Both the position numbers and the translations under genes were made by a program. Source: Bacteroidales bacterium (lineage in GTDB: Bacteria; Bacteroidota; Bacteroidia; Bacteroidales; UBA10428). Taken from it: a stretch of DNA of 64,000 nt. Below, piece by piece: positions 1-10,268 of this stretch. Below the pieces are notes generated by a model. That model did no database searches. It was given only the letters and a program-made list of their open reading frames with translations, and was not told where the DNA came from. The stretch spans positions 62,162-126,161 of the forward strand of contig JAFGIP010000051.1 in the NCBI GenBank assembly GCA_016929525.1, read 5' to 3'. Position 1 is the first letter of the stretch. Every line of letters begins with the position of its first letter.

Positions 1-2
1 AA

Positions 3-260
3 TTAAAAGAGAATGGATATGTTATAGCAGCTATTGAGCAGACGGAAGGAAGCATTTCTCTTGATAATTTTAGTCCACGGACAGATACTAAGTATGCAAT
101 TATTTTAGGGCATGAAGTTAGAGGAATAGAACAAAAGGCAGTAGACAGGTGCGATCTTGTAATTGAAATATCTCAGTTTGGAACGAAACATTCATTAAAT
201 ATTTCCGTGTGTGCGGGGATAGTTATATGGGAGTTTTTTAAAAAAATGTATATAAAATAG
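3..260 (+). CDS. SpoU/TrmH-family RNA methyltransferase, C-terminal fragment (5' end outside window)
   Basis: Frame 3 is open from the window edge to TAG at 258-260. The translation ...YAIILGHEVRGIEQKAVDRCDLVIEISQFGTKHSLNISVCAGIVIWEF matches the C-terminal SpoU methylase motifs (G.E..G, S.LNVS.A). Confidence 0.75.
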   Translation, partial: LKENGYVIAAIEQTEGSISLDNFSPRTDTKYAIILGHEVRGIEQKAVDRCDLVIEISQFGTKHSLNISVCAGIVIWEFFKKMYIK

Positions 261-284
261 AAAAGCGGCTTTTAGGCCGCTTTT
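261..284. terminator. Rho-independent terminator hairpin between convergent genes
   Basis: aaaagcggc (261-269) pairs perfectly with gccgctttt (276-284) around a 6-nt loop. A and T runs flank both sides. Confidence 0.7.
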
Positions 285-306
285 CTATTTTATAGTATTT
301 TGAGAT

Positions 307-2028
307 TTATTCTAAAATACCTGCAAAACCTTCATTTGCTATATAGTTTATGAATTCAGCATCTTTCTTAGCGAATGCCTTTAATGAAGGATTTTTTTCA
401 ATAGCAAGACGCAGGTTATTAAGAACAACTTCATCTTTATTTCCTCTTGCACCGGCAACAGCTTTCAGATAATATACCATAGCGTCACTTGCATCGCCAA
501 TTTCCCCCAGGGTAGTGATACATTTATCAGTATCTCCATTGAGCAACTGGGCAAGTCCGGCATTGAAAGATGGTTTATTTCCGAAATAGTTAACTGCTGC
601 AGAATAGTCTGCCTGCTTGATTTTAATGATACCAAGATTGTAGTTTACAGCATCACCGGCACCCATAGCAGAGGTGAACAATTCTTCGGCTTTGGCTATA
701 TCACCTTCCATAAGTTGAATAACACCAAGGTTGTTTTTAACAACATCATTAATTTCGATTGCCTGTGCTTGTTCAAAAGCAGCTTTTGCTTCAGCAAGAT
801 TACCTTTTTGAACCTGAACATAGCCAATGTTGTTTTTTGCACGGAAGCTTTCAGGATAATTGGCAGATGCTGCAGTATAAATACGAAGTTTCTCATCTAG
901 ATCATCGGTTAAAGCGGCGGCATAAAGAATTTCTTCTTCATTGAGGGTGTCAGGATTACTTTGTGCCAATGCTGTAATTTCCTCATCGGAATAACCAACT
1001 TTATCGGCATTAATATTTAATTGTGAACGACGAAGTTTAGGAAGAACGTCATCTTTTATTTGTTCGAAAGCTTCAGAAATATTTTTTATTTCTTTTTCTC
1101 TTACAGCAGGGTCAGAATACATTGAAAGAACACGAAGAATTAATTCTTTATCCTTAATTTCAGATGCTTCCATTAATTCTTTAAATCCTTCCCAGTCTTC
1201 TGCAGTTTCAACTGAGCTTAAGAAACCTTCAACATCATAACCTTCAACTTTGAGTTTTTTAAGAGCACGGGCTAGAAATCTTTCTGCAGATGTACCCCTG
1301 TTCCCTGACAGTTTTTCATTCAGATCGTAGGCACCATCGGGTGATGCATATGAAGATATTTTAGCTCCTTTGATCTGTATTGCAGAATCTTTTGCTGCAG
1401 CTGCAACTTTAGTCTGGAAAGTTTTTATATCATCTTGTTTAAGCTCTGAATCACGTACATCGTATTTATTGATCACATAGTGAATATCAGCATCATATGA
1501 TTCTGGTGTAATTCTTTCGAATTTATCACCAACAAGTACAGCTTGAGGATCGATTTGTACAAGCTCAGAAGTTGCAATTACCCCATCGGCTATTTTAATT
1601 CCAGGAACCAGAACAGGTTCTTTATCCTTGATCTGGGCACTCATTTCAACAACCAGTTCAGATTGACGCATTTCAGGTTTGTAAGGAATTTTACCTGTAT
1701 AGGTGTAACTTCCTCCCAGGTAAGGAATAACCTTATTGTTTGCTTCTACACTTTCTCCCTGAAGAATTGTAGCTTCATATTCAGTTTGACCACCTTCGTA
1801 TTTAACAATAGGGGTTGCTGTAACAACAGCTTTCTTATTGAAATACTTTTCAGGGAATTCAGTGTTGATAGTTACTTCAACTTCACCAGCATGAGTTTCA
1901 AGTGGGCTTGGTTGTACATCGTATTTTACAGAGCTGGAGTTTTCTACCATTTTGTTTAAACCCCCACAACTACTTATAACGATGGTTGCAACACCAATGA
2001 TTAAAAGGTTCAGCGCAAGTTTTTTCAT
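307..2028 (-). CDS. Lipoprotein with C-terminal TPR repeats and a degenerate OmpA-like segment
   Basis: 573-aa ORF. Lipobox signal MKKLALNLLIIGVATIVISSCGG. The SYASPDGAYDLNEKLSGNR segment resembles the OmpA_C core. TPR-like A/Y/N-rich repeats fill the last ~200 aa. Confidence 0.6.
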   Translation of the reverse strand: MKKLALNLLIIGVATIVISSCGGLNKMVENSSSVKYDVQPSPLETHAGEVEVTINTEFPEKYFNKKAVVTATPIVKYEGGQTEYEATILQGESVEANNKVIPYLGGSYTYTGKIPYKPEMRQSELVVEMSAQIKDKEPVLVPGIKIADGVIATSELVQIDPQAVLVGDKFERITPESYDADIHYVINKYDVRDSELKQDDIKTFQTKVAAAAKDSAIQIKGAKISSYASPDGAYDLNEKLSGNRGTSAERFLARALKKLKVEGYDVEGFLSSVETAEDWEGFKELMEASEIKDKELILRVLSMYSDPAVREKEIKNISEAFEQIKDDVLPKLRRSQLNINADKVGYSDEEITALAQSNPDTLNEEEILYAAALTDDLDEKLRIYTAASANYPESFRAKNNIGYVQVQKGNLAEAKAAFEQAQAIEINDVVKNNLGVIQLMEGDIAKAEELFTSAMGAGDAVNYNLGIIKIKQADYSAAVNYFGNKPSFNAGLAQLLNGDTDKCITTLGEIGDASDAMVYYLKAVAGARGNKDEVVLNNLRLAIEKNPSLKAFAKKDAEFINYIANEGFAGILE

Positions 2029-2089
2029 GATTTACTAGTTATTTAATTTACAATTTTAGTTTTGTCTTATTATTGAAAATATGAGAATG

Positions 2090-2097
2090 CAAACATA
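2090..2097 (-). promoter_or_regulatory. Bacteroidota -7 promoter box (TAnnTTTG)
   Basis: CAAAcaTA on the + strand equals TAtgTTTG on the - strand, 62 nt upstream of the ATG at 2028. Confidence 0.4.
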
Positions 2098-2298
2098 ATA
2101 ATGTTTTAAATATATAAAAAGCTTCTAATTTAGAGCTTCAAATTTTTTACTAAAATAAGAAAAAATAGAAAACTGCTTGTTAATCAAGAGAATAAATTAT
2201 TAAAAAGAATTCAACGTTTTATTTTCTAATTTAAGCATTTTCTGTCAATATATTTTGAACAGCAGAATGTGAAAATCGTTTACTTTCAAATATAAAAA

Positions 2299-2787
2299 TT
2301 ATATTTGAAGCTTATCATTGTATTTTCTTCGGTCTGTTTTATTTCCAGCCACTTGCCCTGATATCAGGCCAACGGCAGATAATATTAAAATTAAATTTAC
2401 TGAAATTTCATCAAGAAATATTAATGATATTATCCACCCTGTTATTGCACCAGCCAGCGAAAAAATCAGAGTAAAGAATGATGTATAATATGTAGCAAAT
2501 TTTACGTTGTGTGCTTTTTGTAAATGTTTTTCTATAATAATTTTTTTTTGTTCAAAGTTTTTTCTTGTCTCTGGTTTATGTAAACATTCAGGCAGATTCT
2601 CAAGCAAATTTTCCAGCTCTTTCAGATTTGAGGAGCAAATGCTACAATCCTTAGAAAAAAAGCTAGTTTGTTGAGCCAGTAGTGGTAATCGAGTTATGTT
2701 ATAAAACCTGAAGTCGCCCGGAGAAATTTGATTTTTCCTGGATTCAAGTTTTGAATAGTAATTTTCAACCCATATATCTGAACCCAT
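2299..2787 (-). CDS. Hypothetical membrane protein (two C-terminal TM helices)
   Basis: 162-aa ORF directly downstream of pnp on the same strand. Hydrophobic stretches FFTLIFSLAGAITGWIISLIF and LILILSAVGLISG. No family recognised. Confidence 0.5.
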   Translation of the reverse strand: MGSDIWVENYYSKLESRKNQISPGDFRFYNITRLPLLAQQTSFFSKDCSICSSNLKELENLLENLPECLHKPETRKNFEQKKIIIEKHLQKAHNVKFATYYTSFFTLIFSLAGAITGWIISLIFLDEISVNLILILSAVGLISGQVAGNKTDRRKYNDKLQI

Positions 2788-2840
2788 AAAACGTATTTTC
2801 AGCTAAAAAGTCAAGGAAGCAGATAATGCTTCCTTAAATT

Positions 2841-5000
2841 TTATTTTTGTTTATCAGAACCTTTTTGAGGTGGCTGATTTTCGGGTTTTGGTAAAAGCAC
2901 TTTTCTTGAAAGTTTCAGATTACCCGTTTTTTCGTCAATGTCGATAAGTTTGACTTCAACCTCGTCGCCAACTTTCATTTCATCTTCTACATTATTAATT
3001 CTTCGCCACGCAATTTCTGATATATGCAATAAACCGTCTTTGTTGGGTAAAATTTCTACAAAGGCACCAAAACTTACTATCGATTTAATTTTTCCTTTAT
3101 AAATTTTCCCAATTTCCGGAACTTCGACTATAGCTCTGATTCTTTTAAGTGCCGCATTGATGGTTTCTTTATCAGATGCAAATACATCAACAACTCCTAC
3201 ATTTTCAACTTCTTCAATTACTATTGTAGCACCCGTTGTATTTTGAATTTCCTGTATTACTTTACCTCCGGGGCCAATTAGCGGCCCAATCATCTCTTTT
3301 TGGATAATGATTTTTTCAATTCTTGGTACATGTGGTTTGTAGTCTTCTCTCGGTTCTGAAATGGTCTTGGTCATTTCTCCAAGAATATGAAGTCTGCCTT
3401 CTTTCGCCTGTTCAAGTGCTTTGGCGAGTGTTTCATATGATAAACCTTCGACTTTTATGTCCATTTGTGTAGCGGTAATTCCGTCTTTTGTACCGGCAAC
3501 TTTAAAATCCATGTCTCCGAGATGATCTTCATCGCCAAGGATATCGGATAAAATAGCATATTTACCACTTTCAGTATCAGTTATTAGTCCCATAGCAATA
3601 CCTGATACGGGCTTTTTAATTTTAACACCTGAGTCCATTAATGCCAATGTACCGGCACAAACTGTGGCCATTGAAGATGAACCATTCGATTCAAGAATAT
3701 CTGAAACTACCCTGATAGCATAAGGATTATCTTCCGGTATCATCCTTTTAAGTGCACGATGTGCTAGATTACCATGACCGACCTCTCTTCTGCTGATTCC
3801 GCGGGATGCTTTTGCATCACCTGTAGAGAAAGGAGGGAAGTTATAGTGAAGAACAAATTTATCGGTACCTTGTATCAAGACTTCGTCAATGACTTTTTCG
3901 TCGAGCTTGGTACCAAGTGTAATTGTTGTCAACGATTGAGTTTCACCCCTGGTAAAAACTGCTGAACCATGAGCAGAAGGAAGATAATCAATTTCACACC
4001 ATATATGTCTGATTTCATTGGTCTTTCTTCCATCTACCCTAATCTTTTCATCGAGGATAAGAGATCTAACTGCTTTTTTTTCAACATCGTGAAAATACCG
4101 GCCAATGAGAACTTCATTTGGTTCTTCATCTTCGGGTAGTGCTGAGGCATACCATTCTGTGAACTCTTCTTTAACTGCGTCAAGTGCATCGTGTCGTTCC
4201 TGTTTGGCCGGAGTCGTTTTTGCAATTTTGTATACTTTGTCGTATGTTTTATCCCATATCAGTTTTTCAAGTTCTTCATCATTTTCCTCATGCGAATATT
4301 CCCGTTTTTCGGTTTTACCAACTTCCTTTGTTAATTCCATTTGGATTTTACATTGTTTTTTAATTTGCTCGTGAGCAAACTTTATAGCTTCAAGCATTTC
4401 TGCTTCAGAAACCTCATTCATTTCACCTTCAACCATCAGGATATTATCGATGGTAGCACCTACCATGATATCAATATCGGCTTTTTCAAGCTCGACAAAC
4501 GTAGGATTAATTTTAAGTTTACCATTTGTTCTTGCAACACGAACTTCAGAGATCGGGCCATTAAATGGAATGTCAGAAACCGACAAGGCAGCCGAAGCAG
4601 CCAAACCTGCGAGGGCATCGGGCGTTATTTCTTTTTCCGCTGATATAAGTAAAACATTAACAAATACTTCTGCATGAAAATCATCGGGGAAAAGAGGTCT
4701 GAGTGCCCTGTCGATAAGTCGTGCAATGAGTATTTCATAATCACCGGGGCGGGTCTCGCGTTTCATAAATCCACCGGGGAATCGACCTGCTGAAGCAAAT
4801 TTCTCTTTGTATTCAACTGATAACGGCATAAAATCGACATCTTCTTTTGCTTCTTTGGCGCATGTAACGGTAGCAAGCAACATAGTATTTCCCTGTTTTA
4901 CTACAACTGATCCGTCGGCTTGTTTGGCCAGCTTTCCGGTTTCAATTTCTATCGTTCTTCCATCGCCAAGATCAATGGTTTTTACAATTGATTTGTACAT
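2841..5000 (-). CDS. pnp: Polyribonucleotide nucleotidyltransferase (PNPase)
   Basis: 719 aa. Two RNase PH domains, KH ([10 protein letters not shown]) and S1 ([20 protein letters not shown]) domains, and the typical N-terminus with [19 protein letters not shown]. Confidence 0.97.
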   Translation of the reverse strand: MYKSIVKTIDLGDGRTIEIETGKLAKQADGSVVVKQGNTMLLATVTCAKEAKEDVDFMPLSVEYKEKFASAGRFPGGFMKRETRPGDYEILIARLIDRALRPLFPDDFHAEVFVNVLLISAEKEITPDALAGLAASAALSVSDIPFNGPISEVRVARTNGKLKINPTFVELEKADIDIMVGATIDNILMVEGEMNEVSEAEMLEAIKFAHEQIKKQCKIQMELTKEVGKTEKREYSHEENDEELEKLIWDKTYDKVYKIAKTTPAKQERHDALDAVKEEFTEWYASALPEDEEPNEVLIGRYFHDVEKKAVRSLILDEKIRVDGRKTNEIRHIWCEIDYLPSAHGSAVFTRGETQSLTTITLGTKLDEKVIDEVLIQGTDKFVLHYNFPPFSTGDAKASRGISRREVGHGNLAHRALKRMIPEDNPYAIRVVSDILESNGSSSMATVCAGTLALMDSGVKIKKPVSGIAMGLITDTESGKYAILSDILGDEDHLGDMDFKVAGTKDGITATQMDIKVEGLSYETLAKALEQAKEGRLHILGEMTKTISEPREDYKPHVPRIEKIIIQKEMIGPLIGPGGKVIQEIQNTTGATIVIEEVENVGVVDVFASDKETINAALKRIRAIVEVPEIGKIYKGKIKSIVSFGAFVEILPNKDGLLHISEIAWRRINNVEDEMKVGDEVEVKLIDIDEKTGNLKLSRKVLLPKPENQPPQKGSDKQK

Positions 5001-5043
5001 TTCTTTGTTTATATTAATTTTTTTACACTGAGGGTTTTGCTTT

Positions 5044-5051
5044 CAAATTTA
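5044..5051 (-). promoter_or_regulatory. Bacteroidota -7 promoter box for pnp
   Basis: CAAAttTA on the + strand (TAaaTTTG on -), 44 nt upstream of the pnp ATG. Confidence 0.45.
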
Positions 5052-5101
5052 AAATTACGGCAAATTAAAATATTGATTAAAGATATCCCTCTTAATTAAA
5101 A

Positions 5102-5127
5102 GAAAAAAGGCAATTGTACAACTGCCT
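5102..5127 (-). terminator. Rho-independent terminator of rpsO
   Basis: On the - strand: AGGCA-gttgtacaat-TGCCT followed by TTTTTT, 9 nt after the rpsO stop. Confidence 0.7.
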
Positions 5128-5135
5128 CTTCTCAA

Positions 5136-5405
5136 TTATTTTCTTAGATCTAAAGCTTTTATGATTGCCCTGTATCTTTCAATATCCCTTTTTTTCAAAT
5201 AATCCAGTAATCTCCTGCGCTTACCTACCAGTTTTAGCAAAGCCCTTTGTGTATTGAAGTCTTTTTTGTTGTTCTTCAAATGTTCGGTAAGGTGTCGAAT
5301 ACGGTTGGAAAATAGGGCAATCTGGCTTTCTGGGGAACCAGTGTCCTGCTTAGACTTTCCGTGTTGACTGAAAATCTTTTGTTTTTCTTCTGCTGTTAAT
5401 TTCAT
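5136..5405 (-). CDS. rpsO: 30S ribosomal protein S15
   Basis: 89 aa, [50 protein letters not shown]. The canonical rpsO-pnp order is present. Confidence 0.97.
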   Translation of the reverse strand: MKLTAEEKQKIFSQHGKSKQDTGSPESQIALFSNRIRHLTEHLKNNKKDFNTQRALLKLVGKRRRLLDYLKKRDIERYRAIIKALDLRK

Positions 5406-5443
5406 AAAATGTTTATTGTTAATATCCCAAAAAAACAGAGGTG

Positions 5444-5451
5444 CAAAGGTA
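5444..5451 (-). promoter_or_regulatory. Bacteroidota -7 promoter box for rpsO
   Basis: CAAAggTA on the + strand (TAccTTTG on -), 39 nt upstream of the rpsO ATG. Confidence 0.5.
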
Positions 5452-5729
5452 TTTATTATATTGAAATAAACAAGGGGTTCTAGTTTGAAGTGAGTAGTGA
5501 ATGGTGATTAGTGAATATTAAAAAGTTCAAAGTTCAAAGCCTGCCTGTCGGAAGACAGGTTCAAAGTTTAAAGCTTTCTCAAGTGTGCATGGAGTTTTCC
5601 TCTCACAGGGCGTTAGGGGGTCGGTGGGGGAAGTAAAAGGTGAATGGTTGAAGAGTGAGTTGTTAAAAGGGTCTGGTTTCTGATTGCTTGTTGTCTGGTT
5701 CTGATTTAGTAATTTGAGTACATTGAACA

Positions 5730-6758
5730 TCAAACATCTTCCCCTTCCGTGATTGTCTTTTTCAGGCGGGTAATTTGATTTTTTGTTCCCAGCGCAAATA
5801 TTTTATCAGTTGATGATAATAACACTTCAGGTAAAGGATTGATGGTAAAAGAATTATCGGAACGTTTCAGACCAATGATATTTGCACCCGATTCATTTCT
5901 GATATCAAGTTCGCGGATTGACTTTCCTTCGAAACAGGAATGGAGATTTATGCAATCAATTTCTTCGAGCGCTACGTTTTCGAGGCTTTGAAGCATCAGG
6001 AAATCGAGAAACTCTACGACGTCAGGCTGTGCTACCAGCTTAGCCATGCGTTGTCCACCTATACGATCCGGCATTATTACATTAGTTGCTCCTGCACGTT
6101 TTAATTTGGCATCGGAATGCTCATCGGAAGCCCTGGTAATAATTTTGAGGTGAGGATTCATTTCCCGGGCTGTAAGCACAACAAACAAGTTATCTGCATC
6201 GACAGGTAAAGTAGTAATAAGTGCTTTAGCCTTATCTATTCGGCATGTACCAAGCACATCGTCACGAGTTGCATCTCCATGTAAGTACAGTAGTTTTGAA
6301 TTTTCAATTATTTGCCCCATCGATTCTTCTTCTCTTTCAATGATAACAATACTTGCATCGTGGTTAAGCAGTTCCTGGACAGCCTGACGGCCATTCCGGC
6401 CATAACCACAAACAATTACGTGGTCTTTTAATTTTTGGATTTTAGTTCTCACTTTTCTGCTTTTATAATAGTGACCGATTGCTCCATCGACTACATAGCG
6501 TGTAAAGGTAGTAACTGCATACGCAAATATACCAAAACTGAACACAATGAGGAATGCTGTAAAATACATTCCTAAAGGCGATAGTGGGTGGACTTCCCTA
6601 AAACCAACAGTTGCGATAGTGATTATGGTCATAAAAAAAGCATCTGTAAACGTGAATCCTTCTATGACCATAAAGCCAATTACACCAATGGCAATTATGG
6701 AGAACAACAAACTTAGAGCAATATAAGCACTCTTAAGACTCTCTCGTTTCATGTTCAT
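5730..6758 (-). CDS. Potassium channel protein with RCK (TrkA-N/TrkA-C) domains
   Basis: 342 aa. Two TM helices flank a pore loop TIATVGF, then a Rossmann motif VIVCGYGRNGRQ and a TrkA-C region. Confidence 0.85.
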   Translation of the reverse strand: MNMKRESLKSAYIALSLLFSIIAIGVIGFMVIEGFTFTDAFFMTIITIATVGFREVHPLSPLGMYFTAFLIVFSFGIFAYAVTTFTRYVVDGAIGHYYKSRKVRTKIQKLKDHVIVCGYGRNGRQAVQELLNHDASIVIIEREEESMGQIIENSKLLYLHGDATRDDVLGTCRIDKAKALITTLPVDADNLFVVLTAREMNPHLKIITRASDEHSDAKLKRAGATNVIMPDRIGGQRMAKLVAQPDVVEFLDFLMLQSLENVALEEIDCINLHSCFEGKSIRELDIRNESGANIIGLKRSDNSFTINPLPEVLLSSTDKIFALGTKNQITRLKKTITEGEDV

Positions 6759-8022
6759 TACGTTTTAGTAACAGATTACCTATTTGGCAATCGAGACATT
6801 TTTTACTTTTACAGTATTCAATGGTAAGTTGTAATATCGCCTGGCTGTCAGCAGTATGTCTTGGAATTATACCTAGTTCTTTCCATCTTCTTACAACCGA
6901 ATTATTTTCGGCAGGTAGATCCTCAAGTAAACGGACAGCTCTTTCTTTAAGCTCAGGTATTGATTTTATACTCGCATATACAAACATAAATGGGATAATA
7001 GTATTTATGATAAGTAAATGAACTGAACTTTTACCGATGGATTTATTCTGTATCCCGGATATTTTTCCAAAGGTATAGTGAGATTTCCAATATTCACTCA
7101 CTTTAAAAGAGTATAATTTAATCAGTTCATCAACATTTTCACATTCCATGGTTTTTGAGAATAAATGTTCTGAAATATGAATAAGGTTACAAAACTGAGA
7201 AATTCTTATTGTTGGAAAATTTGAGGGACGTAGTCGCATAAATTTCCAAATATGCTGCTCGAGAGGTTTTAAGCCGTATTTAGTTTTAAGATATTGATAC
7301 TCTTTCTTTAATTTGCTGTGGTAATTATCGACAGGCCTGGTATTTAACATTCCTGCCTGACCAAAGAGGATAGCTTCGAGCTGAAAAAGACTACTGCTGT
7401 GTTTTTCCAGTATTTTTAAAGGTGTAACCCTTGCGAGCATTTCGAAGGGGACTGAATTAACCTTTAATCCATAACTTTTTAAAAGATGAATGTAAAATGC
7501 ATCTTCCCAACTATTCTTTGTTAATTTCAGCAGTTCTTTTACTACGTTTATTTTTGATTGTAACCGCTCGATGGCTAAAGAACTTAACCAGAATGATATT
7601 AACGAATGGTTTAGTGATGAAAGTTCACTGGAGCAACTAATTAATTCAAAACTGTTTACCAGCTTATTGAATTTTTTATAAATGCTTTCGGGATATTTTA
7701 ATTTAATAGTTGGTATAAGCCGGCCGCTATTTGTAAAGCATTTACAATCATCTTTTTCTACAACATGAAGGATGACATTATTATAAGCATCATTTTTATG
7801 ATGATTATGGTTATTCCAATCGGATGCATTTTTATGAATCTCAACATTTCCGGCCCATTTTGTATTGTCGATTAAAATTTTCGCATGTGTAAAATCGGGA
7901 CCGGAATTACAATTATGTTCTCCGGTATTAAGTATTTTAATTTTTTCTTTATTACTGGCGGGATACTCAGTGTTTTCAAATAACGAATTTTTCCAGATAA
8001 AATGTAAAAACGCTTCCTGCAT
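6733..8022 (-). CDS. DUF2851 family protein
   Basis: 429 aa. The N-terminus MQEAFLHFIWKNSLF and the GPDF...GNVEIH segment are typical of Bacteroidota DUF2851 proteins (recognised from memory). The 3' end overlaps the channel gene by 26 nt. Confidence 0.75.
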   Translation of the reverse strand: MQEAFLHFIWKNSLFENTEYPASNKEKIKILNTGEHNCNSGPDFTHAKILIDNTKWAGNVEIHKNASDWNNHNHHKNDAYNNVILHVVEKDDCKCFTNSGRLIPTIKLKYPESIYKKFNKLVNSFELISCSSELSSLNHSLISFWLSSLAIERLQSKINVVKELLKLTKNSWEDAFYIHLLKSYGLKVNSVPFEMLARVTPLKILEKHSSSLFQLEAILFGQAGMLNTRPVDNYHSKLKKEYQYLKTKYGLKPLEQHIWKFMRLRPSNFPTIRISQFCNLIHISEHLFSKTMECENVDELIKLYSFKVSEYWKSHYTFGKISGIQNKSIGKSSVHLLIINTIIPFMFVYASIKSIPELKERAVRLLEDLPAENNSVVRRWKELGIIPRHTADSQAILQLTIEYCKSKKCLDCQIGNLLLKRNEHETRES

Positions 8023-8116
8023 TTGCGATTTAAGTTAAAAACCTAAAGATAAAAAAACATTAAATAAGATTATTTATAATCTTGGGTTGAGATTGTCAAT
8101 AAAAATTAAGATCGAT

Positions 8117-8947
8117 TTAGATTAGTTCAAATGCAGCCAGAATTTTTTCCATATCCGACTGAAGATCTTTTGCAGCTTTAGCGGCAGCATTTGCGAAATC
8201 ATTTGTACTATCTGAAAATATAATGGACCTTGAAGCATTGACAATTAATCCGCATTTATTGTTTAACCCGTATTCAGCAATATCTTTCAGGCTGCCACCC
8301 TGTGCACCAACACCCGGTACCAATAAGAAGTGATCTGGTATAAGCTCACGGATTTTTACAAGCATTGATACTTTTGTTGCACCTATTACATACATCATGT
8401 TTTCACTATTTCCCCAGTTTAATGACTTTTCGATTACATCGATAAACAGAGGCTTATTTAATTTTGAAGTGAAATATTGAAAATTTTCAGCACTCGGGTT
8501 TGAAGTAAGTGCTAAAAGTATCACGAATTTGTTCTTGAATTCGAGGAATGGTTTAACTGAGTCTTCTCCCATATATGGTGCAACAGTAACTGCATCATAA
8601 TTAAGGTTTTCAAAAAATGCGGAAGCATACATTTTCGATGTATTACCAATATCACCACGTTTGGCATCGGCAATTAGGAAAATATCGGGGTAATTTTGTT
8701 TAATGTAATTTGTGGTAAGTTCAAAGTCACGCCACCCTTCCAACCCGCGACTTTCATAAAACGCCAGGTTTGGTTTGCAGGCTATACAGTAGGGTGCAGT
8801 GGCATCAATTATTTGCTTATTGAATTCGTAAACAGGCCTCTCTACAGAAAGCAAATGCTGAGGAATTTTTTTTATATCGGAATCCAGGCCAACACACAAA
8901 AAGCTTTTTTTACGTCTGATGATAGAATAAAGTGTATCGGTATTCAT
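8117..8947 (-). CDS. pyrF: Orotidine 5'-phosphate decarboxylase (type 2)
   Basis: 276 aa. [29 protein letters not shown] and PGVGAQGG motifs. Confidence 0.9.
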   Translation of the reverse strand: MNTDTLYSIIRRKKSFLCVGLDSDIKKIPQHLLSVERPVYEFNKQIIDATAPYCIACKPNLAFYESRGLEGWRDFELTTNYIKQNYPDIFLIADAKRGDIGNTSKMYASAFFENLNYDAVTVAPYMGEDSVKPFLEFKNKFVILLALTSNPSAENFQYFTSKLNKPLFIDVIEKSLNWGNSENMMYVIGATKVSMLVKIRELIPDHFLLVPGVGAQGGSLKDIAEYGLNNKCGLIVNASRSIIFSDSTNDFANAAAKAAKDLQSDMEKILAAFELI

Positions 8948-9167
8948 GTTTGCAAACTGATTTGTATGAATTTAAAGATTGTCAAATAATGCGATCTGTC
9001 AATTATGTTTATTATGTAAAACCAATTTGTAATAATGGGGTGATGGAATACTGATAACCTTGTTTAAGAATCCTCAATATTCCAATTTTCCGCTATTACG
9101 AAACAATATATAAATTAACAATTCTTCAATTTCTGATATTATAAATTATTCAAATATCAAACTCACA

Positions 9168-10256
9168 TTAGTTTAATCCGCTTTCTTTAAGTCTTTCAGC
9201 ATTTTCAGCCATCTGCAATTTATCAATAATTTCCTGTATATCACCATTAATTATAGCCTGAAGGTTATACATGGTAAGATTTATTCTGTGGTCTGTAACA
9301 CGTCCTTGCGGATAGTTGTATGTTCTGATCTTTGCTGAACGGTCGCCTGTGGAAACCATTGTCTTTCTTTTTGATGAAATTTCATCAAGATATTTTTGGT
9401 ATTCCAGATTATATAGACGAGTTCGCAGTTCAGCCATGGCTTTGTCAAGATTCTTAAGTTTCGATTTTTGATCCTGGCAGGTAACAACCATACCGGTTGG
9501 TATATGTGTTAACCTGATTGCCGAGTATGTCGTATTCACCGACTGTCCTCCGGGACCTGATGAGCAGTATTCATCTCTTTTGATATCTTCCGGTTTAATC
9601 TCCACATCGAATTCTCCGGCTTCAGGTAAAACGGCAACCGTTGCGGCCGAAGTGTGAACCCGTCCCTGGGTTTCTGTTTGAGGTACCCTTTGCACCCTGT
9701 GAACCCCCGATTCATATTTTAAGATACCATAAACGCCGTCTCCTTTTACACTGAGAATAATTTCTTTGTATCCCCCGACAGTTCCTTCCGTGAAATTGGA
9801 AACTTCCATTTTCCATCTCTTCGATTCAATATATTTTGCATACATACGATACAGGTCGCCGGCAAAAATACTGGCTTCATCGCCGCCTGTTCCTGCGCGT
9901 ATTTCAAGCACAGCATTTTTTTTATCTTCGGGATCACTGGGAAGCAGAAGTATTTTTAATTCCTCTTCAAATGGCTCAACTTTTTCAAGCAGTTCATCCA
10001 GTTCTTCTTTTGCCATTTCACGCATTTCTTCATCTTTCTCTGTCGCAAGAATTTTTTTAGCATCATCTATATTGCTCAGTAAATTCTTATATTGATCATA
10101 ACTGGCCACAACAGGTTCAAGTTCCTTATATTCTTTATTTAATTTCACATACCTTTCCATATCGTTTATGATATCAGGTAGTGTAATTAACTCACCAACT
10201 TCCTGAAATCTGGTTTTTACCCCTTCCAATTTATCTAAGATCAAGTTTTTACCCAT
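9168..10256 (-). CDS. prfA: Peptide chain release factor 1
   Basis: 362 aa. GGQ motif ([11 protein letters not shown]), RF1-type [17 protein letters not shown] tripeptide region, and no frameshift site. Confidence 0.95.
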   Translation of the reverse strand: MGKNLILDKLEGVKTRFQEVGELITLPDIINDMERYVKLNKEYKELEPVVASYDQYKNLLSNIDDAKKILATEKDEEMREMAKEELDELLEKVEPFEEELKILLLPSDPEDKKNAVLEIRAGTGGDEASIFAGDLYRMYAKYIESKRWKMEVSNFTEGTVGGYKEIILSVKGDGVYGILKYESGVHRVQRVPQTETQGRVHTSAATVAVLPEAGEFDVEIKPEDIKRDEYCSSGPGGQSVNTTYSAIRLTHIPTGMVVTCQDQKSKLKNLDKAMAELRTRLYNLEYQKYLDEISSKRKTMVSTGDRSAKIRTYNYPQGRVTDHRINLTMYNLQAIINGDIQEIIDKLQMAENAERLKESGLN

Positions 10257-10268
10257 GTCAGATCAGAT

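Noticed and set aside
2116-2140. AAGCT-N10-AGCTT hairpin as a terminator for the pnp/2299 transcription unit
   Set aside because: The stem is only 5 bp with a 10-nt loop, and the U-run partly overlaps the stem. Too weak to call.
3774-5031. Several 60-100 aa ORFs on the + strand inside pnp, and similar antisense or off-frame ORFs inside prfA, purM, glnN, GSII, der, the GT-C gene and others
   Set aside because: They are shadow ORFs embedded in strongly supported genes on the opposite strand or in another frame. They show low-complexity composition and no independent signals.
5527-5733. 68-aa minus-strand ORF (MMFNVLKLLNQNQTTSNQKPDPFNNSLF...) directly after the K+ channel gene
   Set aside because: Its first codon is actually TTG. 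The sequence is low-complexity (N/Q/P/T/S-rich), simply reflecting the C-rich strand of the skewed spacer. No promoter, domain or family resemblance. Treated as non-coding.
9700-9720. RF1 tripeptide reads PQT rather than the textbook PAT/PxT
   Set aside because: It still fits the PxT anticodon-mimic motif. There is no frameshift site or other anomaly, so this is an ordinary prfA.
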